Under the pieces are notes generated by a model that saw only the letters and a list, made by a program, of their open reading frames with translations, was not told the DNA's origin and made no database searches. A DNA stretch of 64,000 nucleotides from a virus, in IMG/VR virus record IMGVR_UViG_3300021354_000450, positions 1 through 64,000 of that record; one strand, given 5' to 3'. Positions 27,812-35,036 of this stretch are shown one piece after another. Numbering within the stretch: the first letter of the stretch is position 1; each line of letters begins with the position of its first letter. The position numbers and the translations under genes were made by a program.

Positions 27812-27887
27812 TCCTAAGTAGCTCAGTTGGTAGAGCGTCAAGTTGCCAACCTGAATGTCGGGGGATCGTGACCCTCCTTAGGAGCCA
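27812..27887 (+). tRNA. Chimeric tRNA: Asn-type acceptor with Gly(GCC) anticodon
   Basis: TCCTAAG/CTTAGGA-G73-CCA; central 32 nt identical to tRNA-Gly at 28877. Confidence 0.8.
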
Positions 27888-27894
27888 ATTTATT

Positions 27895-27968
27895 GGGGAT
27901 TTAGTTAAATGGTATAACAACGCCCTTGCACGGCGTTATCAAGAGTTCGATTCTCTTAATCTCCACCA
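27895..27968 (+). tRNA. tRNA-Ala(TGC)
   Basis: G3:U70 pair, ACGCC-CTTGCAC-GGCGT, CCA. Confidence 0.93.
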
Positions 27969-27977
27969 ATTTGTAAT

Positions 27978-28055
27978 GCCTCCTTATCCCAACTTGGTAG
28001 AGGAAACGGGTTTAGATTCCGTAAAGTCTCAGTTCGAATCTGAGAGGAGGTACCA
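27978..28055 (+). tRNA. tRNA-Leu(TAG), short variable arm
   Basis: ACGGG-TTTAGAT-TCCGT, GTTCGAATC, ACCA. Confidence 0.88.
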
Positions 28056-28062
28056 ATAACTT

Positions 28063-28129
28063 GCTTTAAATGGAAAGGCCGTTCGTTTACACCGAGCAGA
28101 CAGAGGTTCGATTCCTTTCTAAAGCACCA
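28063..28129 (+). pseudogene. tRNA-Val(TAC) lacking the 5' strand of the D-stem
   Basis: Anticodon loop TTTACAC, T-arm and CTAAAGC-ACCA intact; only 67 nt. Confidence 0.7.
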
Positions 28130-28187
28130 AAATTTTAATAGGAAAATAAAATGAAACGAAAACAAAAGAAAGAAACTGACAAATTAT

Positions 28188-28266
28188 GGGAGTATAGTGT
28201 TTAACGGTTTAGCACAGCGGTCTTTTAAATCGCCAGGTGTAGGTTCAAATCCTACTACTCCTACCA
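28188..28266 (+). tRNA. tRNA-Lys(TTT)
   Basis: GCGGT-CTTTTAA-ATCGC, GGTTCAAATCC, CCA. Confidence 0.92.
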
Positions 28267-28320
28267 TATATTAAAACACATTAAAAAATAACATAACTTA
28301 TCAAGTGTGTTTTAATATAT
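28266..28320 (+). repeat. Third copy of the ATATTAAAACACA / TGTGTTTTAATAT stem, filling the Lys-CAT spacer
   Basis: Perfect 15-bp inverted repeat. Confidence 0.75.
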
Positions 28321-28395
28321 GGTAATATAGCATAATAGTAGTGCAACGTTTTCATACGGCGTTAGATGTTAGTGCAATTCTAACTATTACCACCA
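28321..28395 (+). tRNA. tRNA with CAT anticodon (elongator Met or Ile2)
   Basis: GGTAATA/TATTACC, loop TTCATAC, CCA. Confidence 0.85.
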
Positions 28396-28401
28396 ATTTA
28401 T

Positions 28402-28476
28402 GCTTTTGTAGTTAAATGGTTATAACCATCGGCTGATAACCGATAATTACAAGTTCGATTCTTGTCAAAAGCACCA
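28402..28476 (+). tRNA. tRNA-Ile(GAT)
   Basis: ATCGG-CTGATAA-CCGAT, GTTCGATTC, CCA. Confidence 0.93.
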
Positions 28477-28567
28477 ATAATGGTTGTAAATACTAATGAA
28501 AGATATTATAATAAATTAAAAATTAAAAGAAAATAAAAGTTCTTACTAAAAAAGATTTAAATTTAAT

Positions 28568-28642
28568 TGGGATTAAATCGAGAGGCTCAGATATCACTCT
28601 TTGAAAGTGAGTAGGATGGATCGTTACCATCAATCCCGGCCA
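28568..28642 (+). tRNA. tRNA-Gln(TTG)
   Basis: TGGGATT/AATCCCG, TCACT-CTTTGAA-AGTGA, GCCA; atypical T-loop. Confidence 0.85.
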
Positions 28643-28686
28643 ATTTAAAACTAGTAAAATCAATTTAACAATAAAGAGGAAATATT

Positions 28687-28869
28687 ATGGCAAATGAAAG
28701 TAAAGCAAACAGACCAAGATCTACTCCATTACTAACAAGAAATGGAAAAACAAAGTTAAAGCCATTAAATTTAAAACAATTAAATGAATTACTTGCGAGG
28801 TCAGGTAGACCAAAAGATAAAGCTAAAGTTCAACGAAGAATTAGACTTGTTGAAAGTAGATTAGCTTAA
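28687..28869 (+). CDS. Small basic hypothetical protein
   Basis: RBS AGAGGA; K/R-rich 60 aa. Confidence 0.7.
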   Translation: MANESKANRPRSTPLLTRNGKTKLKPLNLKQLNELLARSGRPKDKAKVQRRIRLVESRLA

Positions 28870-28876
28870 AGTATAT

Positions 28877-28951
28877 GCGGGTGTAGCTCAGTGGTAGAGC
28901 GTCAAGTTGCCAACCTGAATGTCGAGGGTTCAAACCCCTTCACCCGCTCCA
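28877..28951 (+). tRNA. tRNA-Gly(GCC)
   Basis: GCGGGTG/CACCCGC-T-CCA, loop TTGCCAA. Confidence 0.93.
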
Positions 28952-28957
28952 AAAAAT

Positions 28958-29048
28958 GGAAGGTTATCTAACCGGGGATGTTAGCCTAGTCTTGAAAACT
29001 AGTGGAGCCTGTAAGGGCCAGGGGATCGATACCGCCAACCTTCCGCCA
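28958..29048 (+). tRNA. tRNA-Ser(TGA)
   Basis: CTAGT-CTTGAAA-ACTAG, long variable arm, GCCA. Confidence 0.88.
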
Positions 29049-29176
29049 AACAAATGACATAGAAATATGTCCAATGGTTGTAAGTTACAATGGGTGGTTA
29101 TAGGAACTTTCAAGTATTTCAATGATAAGCGACAGTTTACGCAACTGTAGCATAAATACATTCATAGGAGAACATT

Positions 29177-29620
29177 ATGAATGTAAATGAAAAAGGGGCC
29201 GTAGGTCTGATTGAAGTAATCAGAGACCTAGCCAAAAAAGGATATGAGTGCTTCACTCCTATCCATGACTATAGTAAAGTAGATTTGATAGTGATGGACA
29301 AGTTAGCAAACACCTTCAAGATACAGATTAAGTATAGGACTACTGTACGAGATAAGATTGAAGTAGGGTTTCATTCAGTAGTTAATGGTAAGAAGATTCC
29401 GATGGACTTATCTTCTATTGACGGCTGGGCAGTATACTGTCCTGAAATAGACAAAGTAATTTATGTTCATACAAGTGAAATAAACGCAGAATTATGTGGT
29501 TTTAGTTTTAGACTAGAACCTGGAAAAACAACATTCAATACTAGTGACGGAAGAACTAGATTGAAATTGTTTAACGAATATGGAGACGTGGCCGAGTGGC
29601 CTAAGGCAGCAGGTTGCTAA
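29177..29620 (+). CDS. PD-(D/E)XK homing-type endonuclease (I-Ssp6803I-like)
   Basis: KGAVGL...KKGYECFTP.HDYSKVDLIV...KIQIKYR...IDGWAVYCP; 3' end overlaps tRNA-Ser. Confidence 0.8.
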   Translation: MNVNEKGAVGLIEVIRDLAKKGYECFTPIHDYSKVDLIVMDKLANTFKIQIKYRTTVRDKIEVGFHSVVNGKKIPMDLSSIDGWAVYCPEIDKVIYVHTSEINAELCGFSFRLEPGKTTFNTSDGRTRLKLFNEYGDVAEWPKAAGC

Positions 29621-29673
29621 CCTGTCGTGTCAAGTAATTGGCACCGTGAGTTCGAATCTCACCGTCTCCGCCA
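29582..29673 (+). tRNA. tRNA-Ser(GCT)
   Basis: GGAGACG/CGTCTCC, loop TTGCTAA, long variable arm, GCCA. Confidence 0.95.
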
Positions 29674-29679
29674 AACATA

Positions 29680-29712
29680 TAAGTCTAGGTTCGAATCCTA
29701 TACCTTTCGCCA
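29680..29712 (+). pseudogene. Orphan tRNA 3' fragment (T-arm, acceptor strand, GCCA)
   Basis: TAGGTTCGAATCCTA-TACCTTTC-GCCA with no 5' half. Confidence 0.6.
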
Positions 29713-29717
29713 AATAT

Positions 29718-29795
29718 GCACAGGTGCCAGAGTGATCAAATGGAGCGGTCCGCAAAATCGTAAAGTCGCGGGTTTGAATCCCGCCCTGTGCTCCA
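29718..29795 (+). tRNA. tRNA-Cys(GCA)
   Basis: GCACAGG/CCTGTGC-T-CCA, loop CCGCAAA (C33). Confidence 0.88.
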
Positions 29796-30025
29796 GTATT
29801 GTCTAATTTATAAATATTATTATCCCACATTAGGAGTAATGTATTATGAAAGCAATACCATTAATTATATTAGCAATATTGTTGTTTCTGTATATTAACA
29901 TAGAAATAGCTTCATTAAATCCATGTTCGAACTTTTCACGTGATCCAAGTTCATGTAATTCAGATCATGACTTTGAAGAATAAACTTTAAATAGAAGTTG
30001 ACAAATAGTTTAAAGAGTTTATAAT

Positions 30026-30101
30026 ACGGTTGTAGTCTAACGGATAAGGCAACACTCTTCTAAAGTGTTCTATGTGAGTTCAAATCTCACCAACCGTGCC
30101 A
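30026..30101 (+). tRNA. tRNA-Arg(TCT)
   Basis: ACACT-CTTCTAA-AGTGT, GTTCAAATC, GCCA. Confidence 0.92.
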
Positions 30102-30106
30102 ATAAT

Positions 30107-30181
30107 GCCCTTGTAGTTTAATGGAAAGAATACCTGGCTACGAACTAGATGATGGGAGTTCGATTCTCTCCGAGGGTGCCA
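30107..30181 (+). tRNA. tRNA-Arg(ACG)
   Basis: Loop CTACGAA, GTTCGATTC, GCCA. Confidence 0.92.
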
Positions 30182-30210
30182 TTTTTTAACAACAAAAGGA
30201 AATAAAATAA

Positions 30211-30456
30211 ATGAAATACTTAATAATCTTAGCAACATTGCTTGTAATGTCTGGTTGTGCTTCAACTGGTGATTTAGAAGCATTACAAACTCGTGTTGAT
30301 ACCTTTGAAGCAGGTCATAAAACTTTAGTAGCTGATCATGAAGCAATTAAAGCCGATCATGAAGCAATTAAAGCTGATATTAGTGCGATTAAAACTGAAC
30401 ATTCGCGTTATACAGTTAAATTAGATAATCTTTTTAAAAAAATTCAATTAAAATAA
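30211..30456 (+). CDS. Lpp/OprI-like coiled-coil outer-membrane lipoprotein
   Basis: Lipobox MSGC, heptad repeat ADHEAIK x2, ends KLDNLFKKIQLK. Confidence 0.75.
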   Translation: MKYLIILATLLVMSGCASTGDLEALQTRVDTFEAGHKTLVADHEAIKADHEAIKADISAIKTEHSRYTVKLDNLFKKIQLK

Positions 30457-30513
30457 TCAATTGATTTTTCTACGCTACTTTTCAGTAGCGTAGTTAAAAA
30501 AGATATGTTAGGT

Positions 30514-30587
30514 GTGGACGTGATGGAATTGGTAGACATCTCATACTGTGAATATGAATTTTGCGGGTTCAAGTCCCGTCGTTCACC
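30514..30587 (+). tRNA. tRNA-His(GTG)
   Basis: GTGGACG/CGTTCAC-C73, TCATA-CTGTGAA-TATGA; no encoded G-1 or complete CCA. Confidence 0.85.
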
Positions 30588-30617
30588 CCTAACTTATTTT
30601 AATCAATAAATTTTAAT

Positions 30618-31163
30618 ATGAAAACATATATAACTTCAGATTTACATTTTGGACACAAACGAATTAAAAAATTCTGTCCGGAAGCAAGGGCACGTTTTAA
30701 CACAAATATTGATATCATGAATCAAGAAATGATTGCAGAATGGAATGCAATTGTTGATTCAACTGATTTAGTATATATTTTAGGTGATATTGCATTTTTA
30801 CCTTCTGATCAAACTGTTGACATTTTAAATCAATTAAATGGTACTAAAATTTTAATTGAAGGCAACCATGATCGTAAGTTATTAAAAGATCCTAATTTCT
30901 GTGCATGTTTTTCTGAAATACACAAATACTTTGTTACAGAGTATGACGGAAAATATGTTGTGATGTTTCATTATCCTATTGCAGAATTTGATCAAATGCA
31001 CAGAGGTGCAGTTCATTTTCATGGACATTTACATGGTTCAGAAAGTGGATTAGAACATTATCGTGTTAGAGATATGGGAATGGATGCAACTGGACAAATT
31101 GTAACTTTAATGGAAACTGCAATTTCAAGTGCATTAACTGGAAAAATTAAAGAACATCATTGA
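30618..31163 (+). CDS. Calcineurin-like metallophosphoesterase
   Basis: SDLHFGH, LGD, GNHD, HYP, HGHLH. Confidence 0.92.
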   Translation: MKTYITSDLHFGHKRIKKFCPEARARFNTNIDIMNQEMIAEWNAIVDSTDLVYILGDIAFLPSDQTVDILNQLNGTKILIEGNHDRKLLKDPNFCACFSEIHKYFVTEYDGKYVVMFHYPIAEFDQMHRGAVHFHGHLHGSESGLEHYRVRDMGMDATGQIVTLMETAISSALTGKIKEHH

Positions 31164-31192
31164 TTGACAGGTTGATAAAACCGTGTTATAAT
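31164..31192 (+). promoter_or_regulatory. sigma70-type promoter
   Basis: TTGACA-17-TATAAT with TG extension. Confidence 0.85.
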
Positions 31193-31218
31193 TTATTTTT
31201 ATTTAAGAGCTAAACAAA

Positions 31219-32103
31219 ATGAATAACTTAGAACAATTTATAATTGATAATTCGTCCTTGGTTAAAAAACGAGAATGCAAAAATTATCCAGAATTATTTG
31301 TTTTGAAATATAGCAAGAAAGTATTTTATGATAACTTATGGAATGATCATTTAGAAGAATGTCGTGGTACTATTGTAGATGAAAATTTTAATTTAATATC
31401 ATATCCGTTTACTAAAATTTACAATTATGGTATTGAATCTAAAGCACCAGTTTTAGACTTAGATACTATTGTAGATGCATATCGTAAAGTAAATGGTTTT
31501 ATGGTTGCTGTAACATGGTATGATGGTGATATTTTAGTATCAACTACTGGATCTACTGATTCTGATTATGTAACAATGGCTCGTGAATTAATCGAACCAA
31601 ATTTAGAAAAATATCGTAATACTTGCAAACGTTTGCCAGAATATACTTTTATGTTTGAATGTGTTCACAGAAATGATCCACATATTATTCCTGAAACAGA
31701 AGGAATGTATTTGTTAGGATGTAGAATTAAACTTTTTGGATCAAAAATTGAAAGACCAAATTACAGCGATGCAAATATTGATTTTGGAAGTTTTGACGTT
31801 GATAGTATTACATGTACTATACGTGAATTGTTAGATTTAGTTAAAACTGTAAAGCATGAAGGTTTTGTATTTTATACTCACGATGGCATAAGTTCTAAAA
31901 TCAAAAGTCCATACTACTTAATTTCAAAATGGTTGGCACGTAATCCAAAAACTGATAAATTATTAACAGATGAGTTTAAAAAGAAAATTGATGAAGAATA
32001 TTATCCGTTACTTAACGCAATACGTGAAAACATTGAAGAATATACTTTAATGAATGAACAAGAAAGATTATCTTGGATTCAAAATTATTTTGAAAAAGGT
32101 TAG
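31219..32103 (+). CDS. RNA ligase (Rnl1/RnlA-like)
   Basis: LEECRG, PFTKIYNY, motif I KVNG, STTGS, TFMFE, EGFV, KIKSPYY. Confidence 0.88.
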   Translation: MNNLEQFIIDNSSLVKKRECKNYPELFVLKYSKKVFYDNLWNDHLEECRGTIVDENFNLISYPFTKIYNYGIESKAPVLDLDTIVDAYRKVNGFMVAVTWYDGDILVSTTGSTDSDYVTMARELIEPNLEKYRNTCKRLPEYTFMFECVHRNDPHIIPETEGMYLLGCRIKLFGSKIERPNYSDANIDFGSFDVDSITCTIRELLDLVKTVKHEGFVFYTHDGISSKIKSPYYLISKWLARNPKTDKLLTDEFKKKIDEEYYPLLNAIRENIEEYTLMNEQERLSWIQNYFEKG

Positions 32104-32104
32104 T

Positions 32105-32308
32105 ATGACTGAATTAGAAATAGCAACTGAGAAAGTAAGATTAATATACAAAGCAATTGATTCAGTTAAAGATTGTGCTAAACAAGCTCAACAAATTAGT
32201 CACGATAAACATATTGAAGAACATTATACTACTGCACTTTATCATTTAGATATTTGTCGTACTAGAACAGAAATATTATTAACTAGAATTAAATTGATTG
32301 GAAAGTAA
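32105..32308 (+). CDS. Hypothetical protein
   Basis: ORF in a tightly packed operon. Confidence 0.55.
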   Translation: MTELEIATEKVRLIYKAIDSVKDCAKQAQQISHDKHIEEHYTTALYHLDICRTRTEILLTRIKLIGK

Positions 32309-32309
32309 T

Positions 32310-32690
32310 ATGTCATATGAAGAACAAGAAAAGTTAAATCAAGAAGCACTAGAATCTCCCAAAGCTGGTGATTATTGGCAAGAAATGTTTTGTCCGTATT
32401 TTATTGTTGTTAGAGTTAACGGTGACGAAATAACAGTAATTGATCAAAAATTAAAAGTTGATGAAAACTATTGGACTTGGGATTTATCTGCACATAAGAT
32501 TGTAAGTCGTAGTTGGGTTAAATCACAAGTAAATTATAATCAAGGTAAATCCGATAAATTTGTTGCTGATGTAGTTCGTAATGATAAACATCGACAGTTT
32601 GCTGAAGAATGGCGAGTTCATGAAGTAACACGGTTAAGAAAAGAGTGGGAAGAATTATCAGGTTGGACTTTACTTAAGGAAGAAGCTTAA
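32310..32690 (+). CDS. Hypothetical protein
   Basis: ORF in a tightly packed operon. Confidence 0.7.
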   Translation: MSYEEQEKLNQEALESPKAGDYWQEMFCPYFIVVRVNGDEITVIDQKLKVDENYWTWDLSAHKIVSRSWVKSQVNYNQGKSDKFVADVVRNDKHRQFAEEWRVHEVTRLRKEWEELSGWTLLKEEA

Positions 32691-33154
32691 TGCCAAAAGT
32701 TTATATATTAGTAGGTATTCCCGGAAGTGGAAAATCAACATGGGTGGAAGGACAACAGTGGGCAAAGAAGTGTGCTTATATATCTACAGATAAACATATT
32801 ACAGAATATGCAAAATCTCAAGGAAAAACATATTCGGAAGTATTTGACGAATATATGCCCGAAGCAATTAATTTAATGACTGCAGAAGTTGTTAAAGCAC
32901 GTAAAGCAGGAAAAGATATAATTTGGGATCAAACTAGCACAACTGTAAAAAGTCGTGCTAGAAAATTTAAAATGTTGCCTGATTATTATGCGATTGCAGT
33001 TGTATTTAAAACACCAGATCGAGAAGAATTAAATATTAGATTAAAAAGTCGTCCTGATAAGATTATTCCTCAACGTGTTATTATTCAAATGATAGAAGAT
33101 TGGCAAAATCCAACAACTGAAGAAGGATTTAAAGAAATTTGGTTTGGTTCATGA
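32690..33154 (+). CDS. Polynucleotide kinase-like P-loop kinase (AAA_33)
   Basis: LVGIPGSGKSTW, ISTD, IIWDQT...R. Confidence 0.85.
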   Translation: MPKVYILVGIPGSGKSTWVEGQQWAKKCAYISTDKHITEYAKSQGKTYSEVFDEYMPEAINLMTAEVVKARKAGKDIIWDQTSTTVKSRARKFKMLPDYYAIAVVFKTPDREELNIRLKSRPDKIIPQRVIIQMIEDWQNPTTEEGFKEIWFGS

Positions 33155-33375
33155 TCGAACATTACGATAAATTTAAAAGATTAATTAAAGTAGGTGATTG
33201 TATTGCATTTGCAAATCACAATACAATAGAATGTGGAATAGTTAAAAAACTTACCGCTAAAATGGTAAGATTTAGTTTAATTGGACGAACTTCATTACAT
33301 TATAGATATCCAAATGATATGATAGTAATAGATGGTCCTGAAATTACAATGTATATACTTAAACAAAAAACATGA
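33151..33375 (+). CDS. Hypothetical protein
   Basis: ORF overlapping the kinase stop. Confidence 0.6.
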   Translation: MIEHYDKFKRLIKVGDCIAFANHNTIECGIVKKLTAKMVRFSLIGRTSLHYRYPNDMIVIDGPEITMYILKQKT

Positions 33376-33615
33376 CAAGATTAGATAAAGTAGCAGTAAT
33401 AATTTTTGGGTTAGTAGCAATAACTTTGTTTATTGGAATTGGTGTAGAACAATACATGTTATATTCATGTAAACAAACAGCCATTAAACAACATTTTTCA
33501 ATAATTGCAATACAGGAAATCTGTAAATGAAAAAATATTTAATTATAGCGGCAATCTTATGTATTCTTTTAATATTACCGTTTTGTGCAGTTACTGGTTT
33601 CCCACAATAAAAAGG

Positions 33616-33644
33616 TTGACATAAAATTTTAAAGACTATATAAT
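33616..33644 (+). promoter_or_regulatory. sigma70-type promoter for the tRNA-Gly/fMet unit
   Basis: TTGACA-17-TATAAT. Confidence 0.85.
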
Positions 33645-33674
33645 ATACACTTAAATAGTTAGAAAATAAATTTT

Positions 33675-33749
33675 GCGGATGTAACTCAGTGGTAGAGTTT
33701 TTGACTTCCAATCAAGATGTCGTGGGTTCAAATCCCATCGTCCGCTCCA
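33675..33749 (+). tRNA. tRNA-Gly(TCC)
   Basis: GCGGATG/CGTCCGC-T-CCA, loop CTTCCAA. Confidence 0.93.
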
Positions 33750-33755
33750 AACAAT

Positions 33756-33831
33756 TGCGGGGTATATCAGAGGCAGATGGCCGGGCTCATAACCCGGAGG
33801 TCGTTGGTTCGAGTCCAACCCACCGCTACCA
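33756..33831 (+). tRNA. Initiator tRNA-fMet(CAT)
   Basis: CCGGG-CTCATAA-CCCGG with three G-C pairs; 1:72 mismatch; ACCA. Confidence 0.9.
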
Positions 33832-33834
33832 AAA

Positions 33835-34035
33835 ACCCGCTTACACTTTAGCGTATAAAAAGTGAGGCAAGACTAGGCCAGATTAGTCGGGTGCATGTGA
33901 TCTACCTTTTAGACCTTTTATAAAGGAAACTATAGAAATCATAGGACGGAATTAGAACCGTCCAAAGAAAAATACTAACGGACAGGGCAACACCTCAGTT
34001 TAGGGCTCGTGTGGTGCGTGTAGCTAAACCCTTTA
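33835..34035 (+). ncRNA. Unassigned structured RNA
   Basis: GC-richer non-coding stretch with ACCCG/CGGGT, CACTTT/AAAGTG, GACTAG/TTAGTC, GGACGG/CCGTCC and GTTTAG/CTAAAC stems. Confidence 0.45.
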
Positions 34036-34066
34036 AGGTTTTGAAAACTAGTTTAATCTAGTTTTC

Positions 34067-34293
34067 CAGTAAAGTAACAGAGATGAAAGATAGCTCCAAT
34101 ATAAGATCTTAACAATCTTATGCCATGGCTAATCGTAACTTAGTGCTCTGGGATTAAATGCAGTGAAATGCGATGTCTATTGTCCCCAGTAATAATAAGT
34201 TCTCTGTTTTTTGTTTGTTGAATGCGGCTAATTAAAATAGCCCTGTTGTTTTTTGCATATTGTCCTGCTATCAACTTTCTGTTATTTTTACTG
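34067..34293 (+). ncRNA. Structured RNA / 5' leader of about 225 nt
   Basis: CAGTAAAGTAACAGAGA closes with TTTCTGTTATTTTTACTG; GATAGC/GCTATC; CTGGG/CCCAG. Confidence 0.55.
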
Positions 34294-34323
34294 TTTTTAT
34301 TTTTTTGTTTAGGAGACACACAT

Positions 34324-34890
34324 ATGAAAATTACATTACGAAAAGCAAATGCTTTACAGCAAAACATACAAGACGCAATTCGTCAAATTGATGTTGTAGT
34401 TAAAGTAGATCTTAACGAATTTGAAGATCCAGAAACGCTTTTAATACGAGCAAATGAACAACTCATTAAAAATGATAAACGCAGATTTGAGTTAACACAA
34501 GCATTGTATGATATCCGTACTTTAATTGGGCAAGCAAACGATCAAGTTGGAATTAATGTTCGCTTATCAAAAGCAGCTTTTATTGATAAAAGAATTTCAC
34601 AACTTTCTAATTTAATTCTACCTGTAGCTTTACAAGAAAGTCAAGTTGTTATTACAGGTAAACTTCAAAAGTTAAAAGATCAAGATAATCGAAGTTATGG
34701 ATTTGGTAGTAATTCAGTTACAACTGGTGTTTTAACTCAAGATCAAATTGATAATTTTAAATCTCATCAACTGTCTTTAAAAAAGGATAAACAAAAATTA
34801 AATGATGAAATTCTTGAACTTAATGTTCGAACTGAAATTTCATTAAGTAATGAAATTGAAGAAATTTTATTAGTTGAAAATTTATTATAA
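34324..34890 (+). CDS. Coiled-coil hypothetical protein
   Basis: RBS AGGAG before ATG 34324; MKITLRKANALQ...LNDEILELNVRTEI. Confidence 0.8.
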   Translation: MKITLRKANALQQNIQDAIRQIDVVVKVDLNEFEDPETLLIRANEQLIKNDKRRFELTQALYDIRTLIGQANDQVGINVRLSKAAFIDKRISQLSNLILPVALQESQVVITGKLQKLKDQDNRSYGFGSNSVTTGVLTQDQIDNFKSHQLSLKKDKQKLNDEILELNVRTEISLSNEIEEILLVENLL

Positions 34891-34933
34891 TTCAAAATAA
34901 TTCTTACAGTCATGTAAATATGTAAATAGATAT

Positions 34934-35036
34934 GTGACTGTAAGCAAATCAGGCAAAGCTCTTAACTCAAATGGTTAAGGAACAGGCAACGTTATAAACA
35001 ACGCCTTTGTAGGTTCAACTCCTACCAGTCATACCA
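34934..35036 (+). tRNA. Atypical tRNA-Leu(CAA)-like gene
   Basis: GTGACTG/CAGTCAT-A-CCA, GTAGGTTCAACTCCTAC T-arm, enlarged anticodon loop CTCAAATGG, very long variable arm. Confidence 0.6.

Noticed and set aside
29050-29620. Group I intron housing the PD-(D/E)XK endonuclease
   Set aside because: Both flanking tRNA-Ser genes are uninterrupted and I could not identify intron core elements.
26563-30346. Short ORFs across the tRNA array (26563, 27738, 27868, 27956, 28964, 29630, 30080)
   Set aside because: Shadow frames over tRNA genes or real CDSs, without RBS or recognisable motifs.
27203-33840. Theta (HDV-like) ribozymes after tRNA 3' ends
   Set aside because: Nearly all tRNAs encode CCA and are followed by A/T-rich spacers; no nested pseudoknot was seen by eye.
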